Notes under the pieces: generated by a model
What the model was told of the DNA's origin: nothing
Seen by the model: only the letters and a program-made list of their open reading frames with translations
The model's database searches: none
Origin: Bdellovibrionota bacterium
GTDB lineage: Bacteria > Bdellovibrionota_C > UBA2361 > JBIKUX01
Assembly: GCA_044347345.1 (NCBI GenBank)
Contig: JBIKUX010000003.1
Coordinates: 59,983 to 123,982, forward strand
DNA: 64,000 nt
Direction: 5' to 3'
Made by a program: the position numbers and the translations under genes
In this document: piece after piece, positions 18,386 through 28,712 of the stretch
How positions within the stretch are numbered: position 1 is the first letter of the stretch
How the letters are laid out: every line of letters starts with the position of its first letter

Positions 18386-19864
18386 ATGAAAGTCATCGTT
18401 ATCGGTGGGGGATTTTCAGGCTTGGCTGCTGCGTGTCACTTAGCGCACAGCGGTTGTAACGTTACAGTTCTCGAGCGTCACGCTGAATGTGGCGGGCGCG
18501 CTCGCGTATTGAGTTCGGGCGGATTTTCTTTTGATATGGGACCTAGTTGGTATTGGATGCCCGATATTTTCGAAGATTTTTTCGGAACTTTTGGGAAGAA
18601 AGTTTCTGATTATTATACTTTAGTAAGGCTTGATCCGAGTTATCAAATAATTACTAAGGTAGGAGATATTATTGATATACCGGCTTATTTGGAGGCCTTT
18701 TTATCATGGGCTGAATCTCGTCAAGAAGGCGTAAGTAATCGTTTAAAAAGTTTCTTTGATGAAGGAAAATTTAAGTACTTTAGGGGTATGTATGAGTACA
18801 CTCGTCGCCCATGTAATTCCCTTTTTGAATTTCTGGATGCTACTTTAATAAAGGAGTCATTAAGGCTTCAGATGTTTCGCTCAATGCGTTCTCATATTAA
18901 CACTTTTGTTAGCGATCCAATTCTTAGAGAAGTCTTAGAGTTCCCAGTTCTTTTTTTGGGGGCACCCGCATATCGTACTCCTGCTATGTATAGTCTCATG
19001 AATTACGCAGACGTAGTTCTAGGTACGTGGTATCCCATTGGTGGCATGGGAGTGGTTGTTAAATCCATAGTATCTCTTGCATTAGAGCTTGGAGTAAAAA
19101 TAGAAAATTCATGTGAGGTAAAAAAAATTATAGTCAATAAAGCAGGAACAGCGACGGAGGTTCGTTGCTCTGACGATAAGGCATTTTATCCGGATAAAAT
19201 TATTTGTGCTGCTGACTATCATCACTGTGAGACTACTTTTCTCGAGTCTGAATGGCAAAGTTATTCTCCTAAATATTGGAGAAGAAGAGTGATGGCTCCT
19301 AGTTGTGTGCTTTTTTATTTAGGGTGCTCAAATAAAATAAAAGGGATAAGGCATCATACACTAGTCTTTGATCAAGACTTAGACGAGCATAGCCGCTTAA
19401 TCTATGATCAACCAGAGTGGCCAGCAAAGCCGTTATTTTATGTATGTACACCATCCGTTACAGATTCTTTAGTAGCTCCAAAAGACAGTGAAAATATTTT
19501 TATTTTAGTACCTGTAGCTACAGCTTTAGCTGAGAGTGATTCTGATGAAAAGCGTGAATATTATCGGAATTACACTATTTCAAAACTTGAAAATTACTTT
19601 CACCAATCAATAAAAGATAGTATTGTATTTGAAAGAAGCTATGCCCATCGTGATTTTATAGCTGATTATGGGGCTTTATCCGGAAATGCTTACGGATTAG
19701 CCAATACGCTCCTTCAAACAGCTTCATTGAAACCTAAAATTCGTAGTAAGCGAGTTAAAAATCTCTTTTATTGCGGTCAATTAACAGTACCTGGGCCGGG
19801 AGTTCCACCTAGTTTAATTTCGGGAGCCGTAGTAGCAAAGGAAGTAATAAAGTCTATTTCTTGA
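18386..19864 (+). CDS. crtI: Phytoene desaturase-family (CrtI-like) FAD oxidoreductase
   Basis: VIGGGFSGL, FDMGPSWYWMP, GTWYPIGGM, GQLTVPGPGVPPSLISG; ATG at 18386. Confidence 0.85.
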   Translation: MKVIVIGGGFSGLAAACHLAHSGCNVTVLERHAECGGRARVLSSGGFSFDMGPSWYWMPDIFEDFFGTFGKKVSDYYTLVRLDPSYQIITKVGDIIDIPAYLEAFLSWAESRQEGVSNRLKSFFDEGKFKYFRGMYEYTRRPCNSLFEFLDATLIKESLRLQMFRSMRSHINTFVSDPILREVLEFPVLFLGAPAYRTPAMYSLMNYADVVLGTWYPIGGMGVVVKSIVSLALELGVKIENSCEVKKIIVNKAGTATEVRCSDDKAFYPDKIICAADYHHCETTFLESEWQSYSPKYWRRRVMAPSCVLFYLGCSNKIKGIRHHTLVFDQDLDEHSRLIYDQPEWPAKPLFYVCTPSVTDSLVAPKDSENIFILVPVATALAESDSDEKREYYRNYTISKLENYFHQSIKDSIVFERSYAHRDFIADYGALSGNAYGLANTLLQTASLKPKIRSKRVKNLFYCGQLTVPGPGVPPSLISGAVVAKEVIKSIS

Positions 19865-20024
19865 GTTAAGCACGGATGGAATTAGCACAGGAACATCCTT
19901 ATTAGCCAATTACCCCCAATTACAGGATTTGTTCGTGTGGCAATTCAGCAAACTGTCGATGGAACTTCCTTGAATAAGTCATGTAGATTTCGATTCCATA
20001 GATTGTTCCAATAATATCGAAAGA

Positions 20025-20236
20025 TCTAATGTGAGACACCCATATTTTCACTTTTCCTGATTCTAATGTGGGACACCCATATTTTCACTTTTCATTAGTT
20101 AGGTTTCCCCATCCCCCAGGTAAACGTCGCTCACGCTCAGAATTAATACGGGGGTCTCAGGCTAATATCTTGAATATGGGTGTCTCAGTCTATTTTTGAA
20201 TATGGGTGTCTCAGTCTAATGGGGTCTCAGGCTAAT
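20025..20236. repeat. Intergenic cluster of GAGAC(A)CCC motifs: two forward and four reverse copies (non-autonomous RAYT-associated repeat)
   Basis: 32-bp direct repeat at 20025-20056 and 20062-20093; 23-bp repeat TTGAATATGGGTGTCTCAGTCTA at 20170 and 20196; GGGGTCTCAGGCTAAT at 20151 and 20221; TGAGACACCCATATT is a perfect 15-bp inverted repeat between the halves. Confidence 0.85.
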
Positions 20237-20245
20237 TTTCTGAGT

Positions 20246-21130
20246 CTAATTTGTAATACCAATCATTTTTCGCAGTATACCTAAATCAATAGCGGCTTCA
20301 TCAATAGATCTCATTCGTGGAGTTTCCAAAATAATAGAGCAATGAGATAATTTAGGATGGTTTACTACTTTTTTGAGAGTGTCATAACCAATAAGACCTT
20401 CACCTAAATTTTCATGTCGATCTATGTTGCTCCCCAGTTTGGTTTTACTGTCATTTAAGTGAATAACTTCTATTCTGCTGAGAGAAGTTTCAGCCGCAAA
20501 TGAATCTACAATTTTATCCAGATCGTCGGCGAGGTTATGGCCACTTGCCCACAGATGTTGGGTATCAAGAGCAAAGCCTATACGTGTAGGTCTATCTACC
20601 AATCTATCTATTTGAGCTAATTGAGAGAATTTTGAGCCAACTATTTTACCACTTCCTGCTGAAACCTCGAATAAAAGTTTTGCCTCACCAGAAGCACTAT
20701 CAATAATTCTCCTTACAAGACTTGCTATTCGCTCAAAAGCTATTACCTCATCTGGTTCATCTTTCATACTTCCCAAGTGGAAAATGACGCCTGAGGCTTC
20801 ACATCTGTGTGCAAATTCCAGATCATTAACCAGTGATCGAACGGCAAAGTTTTGCTTACGTTCGTCAGGTGAAGCTAAATTAATCAGATAAATACCGTGA
20901 AAATATAGATGTGAGATCTGAGTAAGTTTTTTGTTATTTAAATATTCTTTTTCAATACCTGATGAATAAGGTTCAATATTCCATCTTTGCGGTGCTGAGG
21001 GATGTACTTGAATTGCGGTGACACCTAAGGCTACTCCACGTTCAAGGGCTAAGCTAAGACCACCAGCACACGAAACATGTCCTCCATATGGGCGAACAAC
21101 CGATGGATGATTAACGATAGGACTTTTCAT
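20246..21130 (-). CDS. nfo: Endonuclease IV (AP endonuclease family 2)
   Basis: HGIYLINLAS, FHLG, DTQH, HLNDSK...DRHENLGEG, ILETP. Confidence 0.93.
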   Translation of the reverse strand: MKSPIVNHPSVVRPYGGHVSCAGGLSLALERGVALGVTAIQVHPSAPQRWNIEPYSSGIEKEYLNNKKLTQISHLYFHGIYLINLASPDERKQNFAVRSLVNDLEFAHRCEASGVIFHLGSMKDEPDEVIAFERIASLVRRIIDSASGEAKLLFEVSAGSGKIVGSKFSQLAQIDRLVDRPTRIGFALDTQHLWASGHNLADDLDKIVDSFAAETSLSRIEVIHLNDSKTKLGSNIDRHENLGEGLIGYDTLKKVVNHPKLSHCSIILETPRMRSIDEAAIDLGILRKMIGITN

Positions 21131-22551
21131 GGTAATTGTTCAAGTATTTCAACTACAGAGTTATAATCAGCGGCGATGGTTTTTGGAGTCTTACTGAGGT
21201 TTATACATTCAGCAAGTGCGCTAGGTAGCGTCACGTGATGGCTTAAAGCTCTCTCGACAATGTCACCGAATTTAGCTGGATGAGCTGTGTGAAGAATTAT
21301 AGTCGAAATACACGGATTGTCGCTAAGTAATTTCTCTGCAGCAAAGAAACCTACTGCTCCATGTGGATCAAGAATGTATCTATGTGAGCGATATACTTTT
21401 CTCATTGTCTCTAAAGTTTCTTCATCAGTTGCTGTGTTACCTAAAAGAAGCGGAGCATTTGAACCAGAGGAAAGAATGTTTTGTAATGCTATAACACGTG
21501 AAAAGTTATTTGGATTACCAACATCCATAGCATTTGATACAGTAGAAATACTAGAAAGTGGGTTAAATTTTCCTGATTCAATAAAGCGAGGCAGTGAGTC
21601 ATTTATATTACAAGCGCCTAAAAAAATATCTACAGGGAGTCCCATAGTGCAAGCAATTAATCCAGCTGTTAAGTTACCCAAATTACCACTGGGCACAATA
21701 AAACATACTCGAGGTACCTCTTCTGAACCGCCATTTCTTATTTGTCTCTGCTTACGAAGGAACTGTGCATATGCCCAAAAAAAGTATACTGCTTGAGGAA
21801 GAAGTCTTCCAAAGTTGATAGAATTTGCGCTGGTAAGAGGAATTTTCTCTCTTAAACCATTATCTGTTAGGCATCTCTTAACTAATGCTTGACAATCGTC
21901 AAAAGTTCCCTCTACTTCGATAGTATGAATATTTTTGGAGAATGATGTAATTTGAGCTTGTTGTATAGCACTGATCTTACCTTTTGGGAAAAAAATTACT
22001 ACACGTGTTCCGGGCACACCAAAGAATCCACTACCGACTGCACCACCTGTATCCCCAGATGTAGCTACAATTACAGTAATAGGTTTAGTGTTTTGACTTG
22101 GATTATACTGAGCAGAATTACCCTCAAAATAGGCTAATAATCGCGCAAGTACTCTTGCGCCAACATCCTTGAAAGCAAGAGTTGGTCCATGAAAGAGCTC
22201 AAGCACAGATACGCGCTCTGATAAGGTGACAAGTGGAATAGGAAAATTGAGAGCGTCCTGTAAAATACCCCGCAATTTTTCTCTGGGAATCTCCGTACCT
22301 ATAAATGGAGCCATTACTTCTTCAGCAATCATACTAATAGATAGGCTCGGAAGAGCACTAAAAAAGTTAGATGATAACTTTGGTATCTGGGTGGGCATGT
22401 AGAGTGCGCCATTGTGCTCCATACCCTGCAAGAGCACATCACGAAAAGAAAGCAAAGAGGATTCTGCAACAAAGCTTATGTCAGAGTGAGCTTCGCACGA
22501 GCGACCTAGTGACAGATTTGAATGACGATTAGAAAGTTGATAAAAGTTCAT
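21127..22551 (-). CDS. thrC: Threonine synthase (long, E. coli-type)
   Basis: LELFHGPTLAFKD, ATSGDTG, SANSINFGRL, PSGNLGN, TAHPAKF. Confidence 0.96.
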   Translation of the reverse strand: MNFYQLSNRHSNLSLGRSCEAHSDISFVAESSLLSFRDVLLQGMEHNGALYMPTQIPKLSSNFFSALPSLSISMIAEEVMAPFIGTEIPREKLRGILQDALNFPIPLVTLSERVSVLELFHGPTLAFKDVGARVLARLLAYFEGNSAQYNPSQNTKPITVIVATSGDTGGAVGSGFFGVPGTRVVIFFPKGKISAIQQAQITSFSKNIHTIEVEGTFDDCQALVKRCLTDNGLREKIPLTSANSINFGRLLPQAVYFFWAYAQFLRKQRQIRNGGSEEVPRVCFIVPSGNLGNLTAGLIACTMGLPVDIFLGACNINDSLPRFIESGKFNPLSSISTVSNAMDVGNPNNFSRVIALQNILSSGSNAPLLLGNTATDEETLETMRKVYRSHRYILDPHGAVGFFAAEKLLSDNPCISTIILHTAHPAKFGDIVERALSHHVTLPSALAECINLSKTPKTIAADYNSVVEILEQLP

Positions 22552-22587
22552 AACTGTTACTGCACAAATTTTTAGGTAAATAAATTC

Positions 22588-23556
22588 TCAGGTAATAAGT
22601 CTTGCTCCAGATGAACTAATTGATGAAATTACGGTCGTAACCTCAATATCAGATTTGTTGTATACATCACTAATTGCTCTAGCAATCTCTTCAGGACAAA
22701 TATTGTGTGGTACAAACGAAAATAGTGAAGGACCTGAGCCTGATATCGTACAGTTTAGAGCTCCTCTATTTATTGCCTCCTTTCTAGCACTATAAAAAAA
22801 AGGTATTAGAGGAGCACGCACTGGCTCTAGTAGTTCGTCTCTCAACGAACATTGCAGCAGTTTTTTATCATTATTGTGAAGAGCTAGTACGAGCGAAGAT
22901 ACAAGTTCAAGTTGTTTTACAACTGTAGCAAGTGGCACAGTCTTAGGGAGTACAGCTCTAGCATCCCGCGTTCTTATTTCAATGTGAGGAGTTATTACTA
23001 CAACTTTAAGATCAGAAGGGATCGGCAGATTATATACTTCCGGCTCACCATCTCTTTCTCTAATCAAAACGATTCCACCATATAGTGATGGTGCTACATT
23101 ATCAGCATGACCACTACCACAGGCTATACGCTCTCCTTCAACGGTAGCTAAAAGCAATTCCTTCCTTGTAAAAGGACACCCTAACAGATGATTTACAGCA
23201 CATGCTCCTGCTACAGCACTAGCAGCACTTGAGCCAAGTCCACTTCCAAGTGGCATAGCCTTTTTTAATGAAAGTGAAATCCCATAATCAGGTAATAGAT
23301 CTCTTTGCCTCAAGAGAGACCAGAGATAATTTGCTGCAACACCTGCGGTATTTTCATGAGGCAAAAGGCTCAATTTGCCGCTATCACCGGTAATATCTGA
23401 GATAGTTATACCGAAATTAGTGTCACTCCATGTAGCAATAACTTCATCACCGGGATGATCAAGCGCAAATCCCATGATATCAAAAGCTGGCCCTATGTTT
23501 GCAACTGTAGCAGGAGCAAATACGTGCGCTCGTCTCAAAAACTTTTCTTTATTCAT
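22588..23556 (-). CDS. thrB: Homoserine kinase
   Basis: APATVANIGPAFD, PLGSGLGSSAAS, HADNVAP, ISGSGPS. Confidence 0.96.
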   Translation of the reverse strand: MNKEKFLRRAHVFAPATVANIGPAFDIMGFALDHPGDEVIATWSDTNFGITISDITGDSGKLSLLPHENTAGVAANYLWSLLRQRDLLPDYGISLSLKKAMPLGSGLGSSAASAVAGACAVNHLLGCPFTRKELLLATVEGERIACGSGHADNVAPSLYGGIVLIRERDGEPEVYNLPIPSDLKVVVITPHIEIRTRDARAVLPKTVPLATVVKQLELVSSLVLALHNNDKKLLQCSLRDELLEPVRAPLIPFFYSARKEAINRGALNCTISGSGPSLFSFVPHNICPEEIARAISDVYNKSDIEVTTVISSISSSGARLIT

Positions 23557-26216
23557 AATGATCTTAGTCCTGAACTGCTCATCTGAGCAATACGTACAAT
23601 ATCGGCAAACACGCCCGCAGCAGTCACTTCAGCACCAGCTCCAGGTCCTTGAACTACCAGAGGCCTTTCTTGGTATCGGTCTGTTGTAAAGGCTATAATG
23701 TTGTCTGAGCCCCGTATGTGTGAAAATGGATGATCTGGATAAAGAACGGTAAGTTTTGTACTAGCGCCTTTGTCTGGAGAAAAAGATGCCATGTAGCAAA
23801 GTCTACCCTCGTTTCGTTTTGCTTCCATAACAATAGCGTGCATTCGTTCATCAGCACGGTGTAATTCCTCCATGAAATGACTTATAGAATTTGAGCTTCT
23901 ACATTCGCTAGGTACTAAACTTTCAATCTCTACATCGGACAATTCTAGAGAGTATCCTGATTCTCGTGCTAGGATAAGAATTTTGCGGGCTACATCCATA
24001 CCACCAAGGTCATCACGAGGATCAGGCTCGGTGTAGCCTTTTCTTTGAGCCTCCCGCACTGCTTTACTAAATTGAACACCTTGCATTAGCTCTGTACATA
24101 AATACCCTAATGTTCCGGAAAGTATTCCCTCAATTCTGAGGATCCGGTCGCCGCTTTTAATTAAATCCTGCAAGGTGCTTATCACAGGTAATCCAGCTCC
24201 AACGGACGTTTCAAATAAAAATGGAACATGACGAGCTTCTGAGATTGTTTTGATAGATTTATATCTAGCTAGTGTTCCTGACTGGGCTCGTTTGTTTGGA
24301 GTGACTATCGCAATATGCTGTGATAGCAGCATACCGTAATAATTTGCAATATCCTCGCTCGATGTACAGTCGACACAGATACTATTTGCTAAGTTTAACC
24401 CACTTAGCTTTTTAATGAATGATTCAAAGTCTAGAGGTTCACCACGCTCCTCTAGGGTAGAAGCCCATATATTAGGATTTATACCGTCAGAATCAATCAG
24501 CATCTCTTTGGATCTCGCTATTCCAACAAGTTTTATCTCAATTCGCCGTTCATCGAGGAGTGAGCGTAAGTGAGACGATATTTGTCTTAATAGAGTGGTG
24601 CCCACTAAACCTGTTCCTACTATGGCTACATGAAGAGTACGCGTAGTTCGCTGAACAAAAAATTCATCATGGGCTACTCTAAGGGCTTTTTCCTCATCTA
24701 CCTTATTTATTACCACTGATATACTGAGCTCCGAGGAACCCTGTGCTATTGCGATACTGTTGATACCGTTTCGTCCTAAAGCAGAAAAAAATGTTCCGGC
24801 AATCCCAGGCCTACGTCGCATTCCTGAGCCAACAATTGATATGATTGATAACGATGACTCAATGATAGGACTCTCTATAAGCTGAGCGTTGATTTCCAGA
24901 TTAAATTCTTGCATTAAGGCCTCTTTTGCCTTTTCGGTATCCGAAGGAAGAATGGCAAAGCAAATAGTTGTCTCAGATGACCCTTGAGTAATAAGAATTA
25001 AATTTATATTTACTCGAGCTAACGCCTCAAAAACCCTGGCTGCTAAACCAGATACGCCTACAAGACCAGTACCTTGTAAGCGAATCATAGTGACATCGTC
25101 TATTGAGGATATTCCGGTTATTGGAAAATGTACCTCTGAACTAACAGGGAGAAACTTTTCACTGACCTCATCAAAATCACCAAAACTCGAGGAACTTATT
25201 AAAGTTCCAGAAGCGTTTAGATTAAAGATATTTTTAACAATAATGGGGATATTTTTTGTAATCACTGGACGTAAGTTAGGAGCATAGATAGTTTTTGCTC
25301 CAAAATGCGAAAACTCGAGGGCTTCAGCGTAGCTTAATCGCGGAAGCGCAAATACTTTATTTACCTTTTTAGGATCTGCCGTAAGAACACCATCAACGTC
25401 AGTCCAAATTTCTAGTATTGACGCATCAAGAGCCGCTGCAATCATAGCTGCTGTTAAATCAGAGCCCCCTTGCTCTAGGGTAATTGTTTTTCCATCAGAA
25501 CCGCTAATACTGGCAATGTTACCTTGAATAAATGGTATTAATCGATACTTGGTTTCGGATGATGATGGGGAAAACTTCTCCGAAAAATCGCAACTCAACA
25601 GAGGTAAAATTTTATCTCTACAACTTGTTAAGGTAGTTTGCTCATTTATAGTAAGATTACTATCGAAAAAAATAAAGGAGCGTGCATCAAGACTTTGGGC
25701 TAATAAATTATTACCAGCCATCGCGTTTGCCAGTGCTTCATTAAAATAAGCAACCATAATTTCGGTAAAAAGAGCTTCTCCTGAACTTTTAAGTAAATCT
25801 AATGACCCGGTGCTAAGCTCCCCGAGAGAGTTGATTGCAAAAAGTTGCTCTCGAATCGTACGAAATGTTGAATAAATATGGGCAAGCGTGCGCGCTAATC
25901 TTATCGGAGAAATAACACTCGATGCGAGTTCGATGACTTTTTTCTCTGTTGCTTCAATAGTGGTAAATGCTACCTCGTTTTTAAAACCAACCGCAGCTTT
26001 GCCGGCTGAAATGAGGTTGGCGGTAACCTCAGAAGGTGCTGAGAAAACTACCACAACTGGATTAATCTTCACCTTGGTTAAGATAATATCACCAGTCGCT
26101 CGAATAGCTTGTGGAGTGCTAATTGATGAGTTGCCAAATTTTAGTACTACAATATTGCTAGTTATGGTCGTTTGATGATTATTTTTATCCTTCCCTCTTA
26201 GCATATCTCCAGACAC
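23553..26216 (-). CDS. thrA: Bifunctional aspartokinase-homoserine dehydrogenase (AK motifs divergent)
   Basis: AK domain (WTDVDGVLTADP), two ACT domains, HSDH domain (GTGLVG, ETSVGAGLP, GYTEPDPRDDL, GPGAGAEVTA). Confidence 0.93.
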   Translation of the reverse strand: MSGDMLRGKDKNNHQTTITSNIVVLKFGNSSISTPQAIRATGDIILTKVKINPVVVVFSAPSEVTANLISAGKAAVGFKNEVAFTTIEATEKKVIELASSVISPIRLARTLAHIYSTFRTIREQLFAINSLGELSTGSLDLLKSSGEALFTEIMVAYFNEALANAMAGNNLLAQSLDARSFIFFDSNLTINEQTTLTSCRDKILPLLSCDFSEKFSPSSSETKYRLIPFIQGNIASISGSDGKTITLEQGGSDLTAAMIAAALDASILEIWTDVDGVLTADPKKVNKVFALPRLSYAEALEFSHFGAKTIYAPNLRPVITKNIPIIVKNIFNLNASGTLISSSSFGDFDEVSEKFLPVSSEVHFPITGISSIDDVTMIRLQGTGLVGVSGLAARVFEALARVNINLILITQGSSETTICFAILPSDTEKAKEALMQEFNLEINAQLIESPIIESSLSIISIVGSGMRRRPGIAGTFFSALGRNGINSIAIAQGSSELSISVVINKVDEEKALRVAHDEFFVQRTTRTLHVAIVGTGLVGTTLLRQISSHLRSLLDERRIEIKLVGIARSKEMLIDSDGINPNIWASTLEERGEPLDFESFIKKLSGLNLANSICVDCTSSEDIANYYGMLLSQHIAIVTPNKRAQSGTLARYKSIKTISEARHVPFLFETSVGAGLPVISTLQDLIKSGDRILRIEGILSGTLGYLCTELMQGVQFSKAVREAQRKGYTEPDPRDDLGGMDVARKILILARESGYSLELSDVEIESLVPSECRSSNSISHFMEELHRADERMHAIVMEAKRNEGRLCYMASFSPDKGASTKLTVLYPDHPFSHIRGSDNIIAFTTDRYQERPLVVQGPGAGAEVTAAGVFADIVRIAQMSSSGLRSL

Positions 26217-26238
26217 CTTCTATATTGGTCAAGCTCTA

Positions 26239-28035
26239 TTACATTCGTTCTACCAAGGGGACTCCAAGTATTTCCAGGCCACGACAAAGAATGCGATGAG
26301 TAGCTGAAAAAAGAGCAAGATGTGCTTTCGCCTTGGCGGGTATCTCTCCTATTACCCGCAATTTAAGATAGGCTTTTGAGAATAGCTTTGCTAAGTCTAG
26401 AAGATACTGCGCTAATCCAACCAATTCGTAATTTGTAATGACTTTCTCTATGGTTTCATCGAATCCAGTGAGATGAAGAAGTAACTCATATCCTTCAGAT
26501 GACTCTATTAGTTGAGAAAAATCAGTAGGAGAATCATTTTCCCAAGATATACCTTCGGCCTGAGCATTATCCTTTATACTATTTAGCCGACTCAAGGCAT
26601 ATTGCAGGTAAGGACCTGAATCTCCCTTGAAATTAAGGGCTTCCTCCCAACGAAAATGAAAATCCTTGGTATTTGAATGGCTCAAAAAATAAAAATACGT
26701 AGCACCAATTGCTACTTTTTCAGCAATATCCTCCTCTTTTAGCCCTTCAGGTCGTTTATTTACTTCGGTACGATAAACCTCAAGAGCTCGGGTAGATGCT
26801 TCATCAAGAAATCCTCCTAATGAAATAGCTCCGCCAGACCTCGAACTCATGCCAGGCACCATACCGAAAGGTATATGTACAATTTCGTCGGCAGATGGAT
26901 GATCCATTTTTTTTAGAACGCCTTTAAGTTGGGCGAAGTGAAGCGATTGCTGGGAAGCAACAACATACAGTATTTGCTTGGGCTTGAATGTATTGTGACG
27001 GTAAATTGCAGCAGCTATATCACGAGTAATATACAGGGAACGTCCATCTTCAGCGAAGATTCTAACGAATCCAAGTTGCTCTCCAAGGTCAACTCCTAAA
27101 GCTCCATCTGACTCTTGAAGTATGCCACTTTTGCGAATCAGCTCCTCTACTTCTCCAAGCATCGATCGATAGAAAGATTCTCCCGTAAAATAGTCGAAAT
27201 TGACCCCGAGTCGGGCATACATTTTTTTAAAGTACTCTATGGAAATTTTGAGGCATGTCTCCCAAAATACCACAGCTGAATGTTCTCCTTCTTCTAGTTT
27301 GAGAAAAAAGCTTCTTGCCATCTCATTTACTGTTGGGCCTGAAAGAGGTAATTCGGCACCCTCATCTTGAGATTTACGCAGATTGTTGGCTCTAACGTAC
27401 AAGGAAACTAAATCGTCAACAGTTGTAGTAGGAGCTAACTTGAAATCTTCACTATTTGTATTCAGCCCAGAACTTGTCAATTTTTGCCCAAACAGAACGG
27501 AGCCCGCCCACACAAAACCAAATTGTGTCCCCCAATCTCCTAAATGATTAATCGTGATAACATTATATCCAGCGTGCTTAAGCGCTCTTTCAAGCGCTGA
27601 GCCAATTAGGGTTGTGCGAAGATGCCCAACATGAAATACCTTTGCGATGTTTGGGGATGAGTACTCAAGAATTACCGTACTTTTGTTACTAGTCCACGGT
27701 AAGCCTCCTTCTACTAAAAGACGTTCAAGTAGCGTCGGAATTAATGCACTTCTATTACAAAAGAAATTTACATAAGGACCTGTGGCTTGAGCTGTGCTTA
27801 TGAACTGAGCAATAGCTTGCTTTGAATCTGAAAAAAAGGAAGCAATGGACTCAGATATTTGATTAGCTGGTTGCCCCTTTATTTTTGAAAAAGGAAAACA
27901 CGGTAAAGCAAACTCTCCTCTTTTTTCTTTGCCTTTAGATATGACTAGGTGAGTTTCAACTTCTGCTGTTGAAACGTTGAGAAAGTCAGCAATGTATGAT
28001 GCTAACTGAGTTTTATATTGATTGAGCCAAGACAT
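26239..28035 (-). CDS. argS: Arginine--tRNA ligase
   Basis: EYSSPNIAKVFHVGHLR, NHLGDWGTQFG, YITRDIAAA, GDSGPYLQY, C-terminal ERM. Confidence 0.97.
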   Translation of the reverse strand: MSWLNQYKTQLASYIADFLNVSTAEVETHLVISKGKEKRGEFALPCFPFSKIKGQPANQISESIASFFSDSKQAIAQFISTAQATGPYVNFFCNRSALIPTLLERLLVEGGLPWTSNKSTVILEYSSPNIAKVFHVGHLRTTLIGSALERALKHAGYNVITINHLGDWGTQFGFVWAGSVLFGQKLTSSGLNTNSEDFKLAPTTTVDDLVSLYVRANNLRKSQDEGAELPLSGPTVNEMARSFFLKLEEGEHSAVVFWETCLKISIEYFKKMYARLGVNFDYFTGESFYRSMLGEVEELIRKSGILQESDGALGVDLGEQLGFVRIFAEDGRSLYITRDIAAAIYRHNTFKPKQILYVVASQQSLHFAQLKGVLKKMDHPSADEIVHIPFGMVPGMSSRSGGAISLGGFLDEASTRALEVYRTEVNKRPEGLKEEDIAEKVAIGATYFYFLSHSNTKDFHFRWEEALNFKGDSGPYLQYALSRLNSIKDNAQAEGISWENDSPTDFSQLIESSEGYELLLHLTGFDETIEKVITNYELVGLAQYLLDLAKLFSKAYLKLRVIGEIPAKAKAHLALFSATHRILCRGLEILGVPLVERM

Positions 28036-28505
28036 GAAAAAACATTAACTTTTTATAGTACCGTTTATTTAAGGAAAATTACTTTTTATAGTTTGCCTAA
28101 AGGTTTTTCTGATAAAGATACCGAGTTACCCTTAAAAAATACAAGACTTACGCAGTAATTAGTTGTACAAAACTAAGGTGTGTAGCCTAATGTTATGTAG
28201 ACTATTTGGTTGCGTAATATTCAGCCCAAAATTATGAACCGGACGTAAAAATTCTACAGATACTCCCTTTTTTGGGCTCTTTTAGTAGAGTAATTTTAAC
28301 TATCCTACATTTAAATACAATTTTTTGCCTAGATTTTAAGATCGTCAGTAAAATAGTTAGTGCATTTTAAAGAAGTTTTGTGAATGTTGGTAGCTTCTGG
28401 CCGATGCAACAGCGACTGTCACATACTATGAGGCATTAGATGACTTTTTTAGTGTAGTTAGAATTCTATCGATTAATCTTCAGATATTACTTCTAGCGTC
28501 TACTC

Positions 28506-28703
28506 TCAAGAAAGTTGGCATTGTAGAGCTGAAATAAAGATTTGCGTAGCGGAAATGCACCTAACGTTAAAGTCTCGCCTCAACTGCTTTTCGCGTAGCT
28601 TTGCGCCAGGTAGGTAAACCACAGCAACAACACCATGAAGAATCTGCTGGTAAAGGGAGGTCTGTTCACTATTCTCTGGAGTGTCTAATGACTCTCTAGT
28701 CAT
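28506..28703 (-). pseudogene. Truncated GntR-family regulator remnant (N-terminal wHTH only)
   Basis: LYQQILHGVVAVVYLPGAKLREKQLRRDFNV resembles the GntR start (LYxQI...PGxKLxExxLxxxFxVS); similarity lost immediately after. Confidence 0.6.
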
Positions 28704-28712
28704 ACTGAGATC

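Noticed and set aside
20025-20093. 32-bp direct repeats resembling a mini CRISPR array
   Set aside because: Only two copies separated by 5 bp, followed by inverted copies, and no cas genes in the window
28098-28128. Sigma-28-like TAAAG...CCGA sequence
   Set aside because: Spacing too long and no plus-strand gene directly downstream
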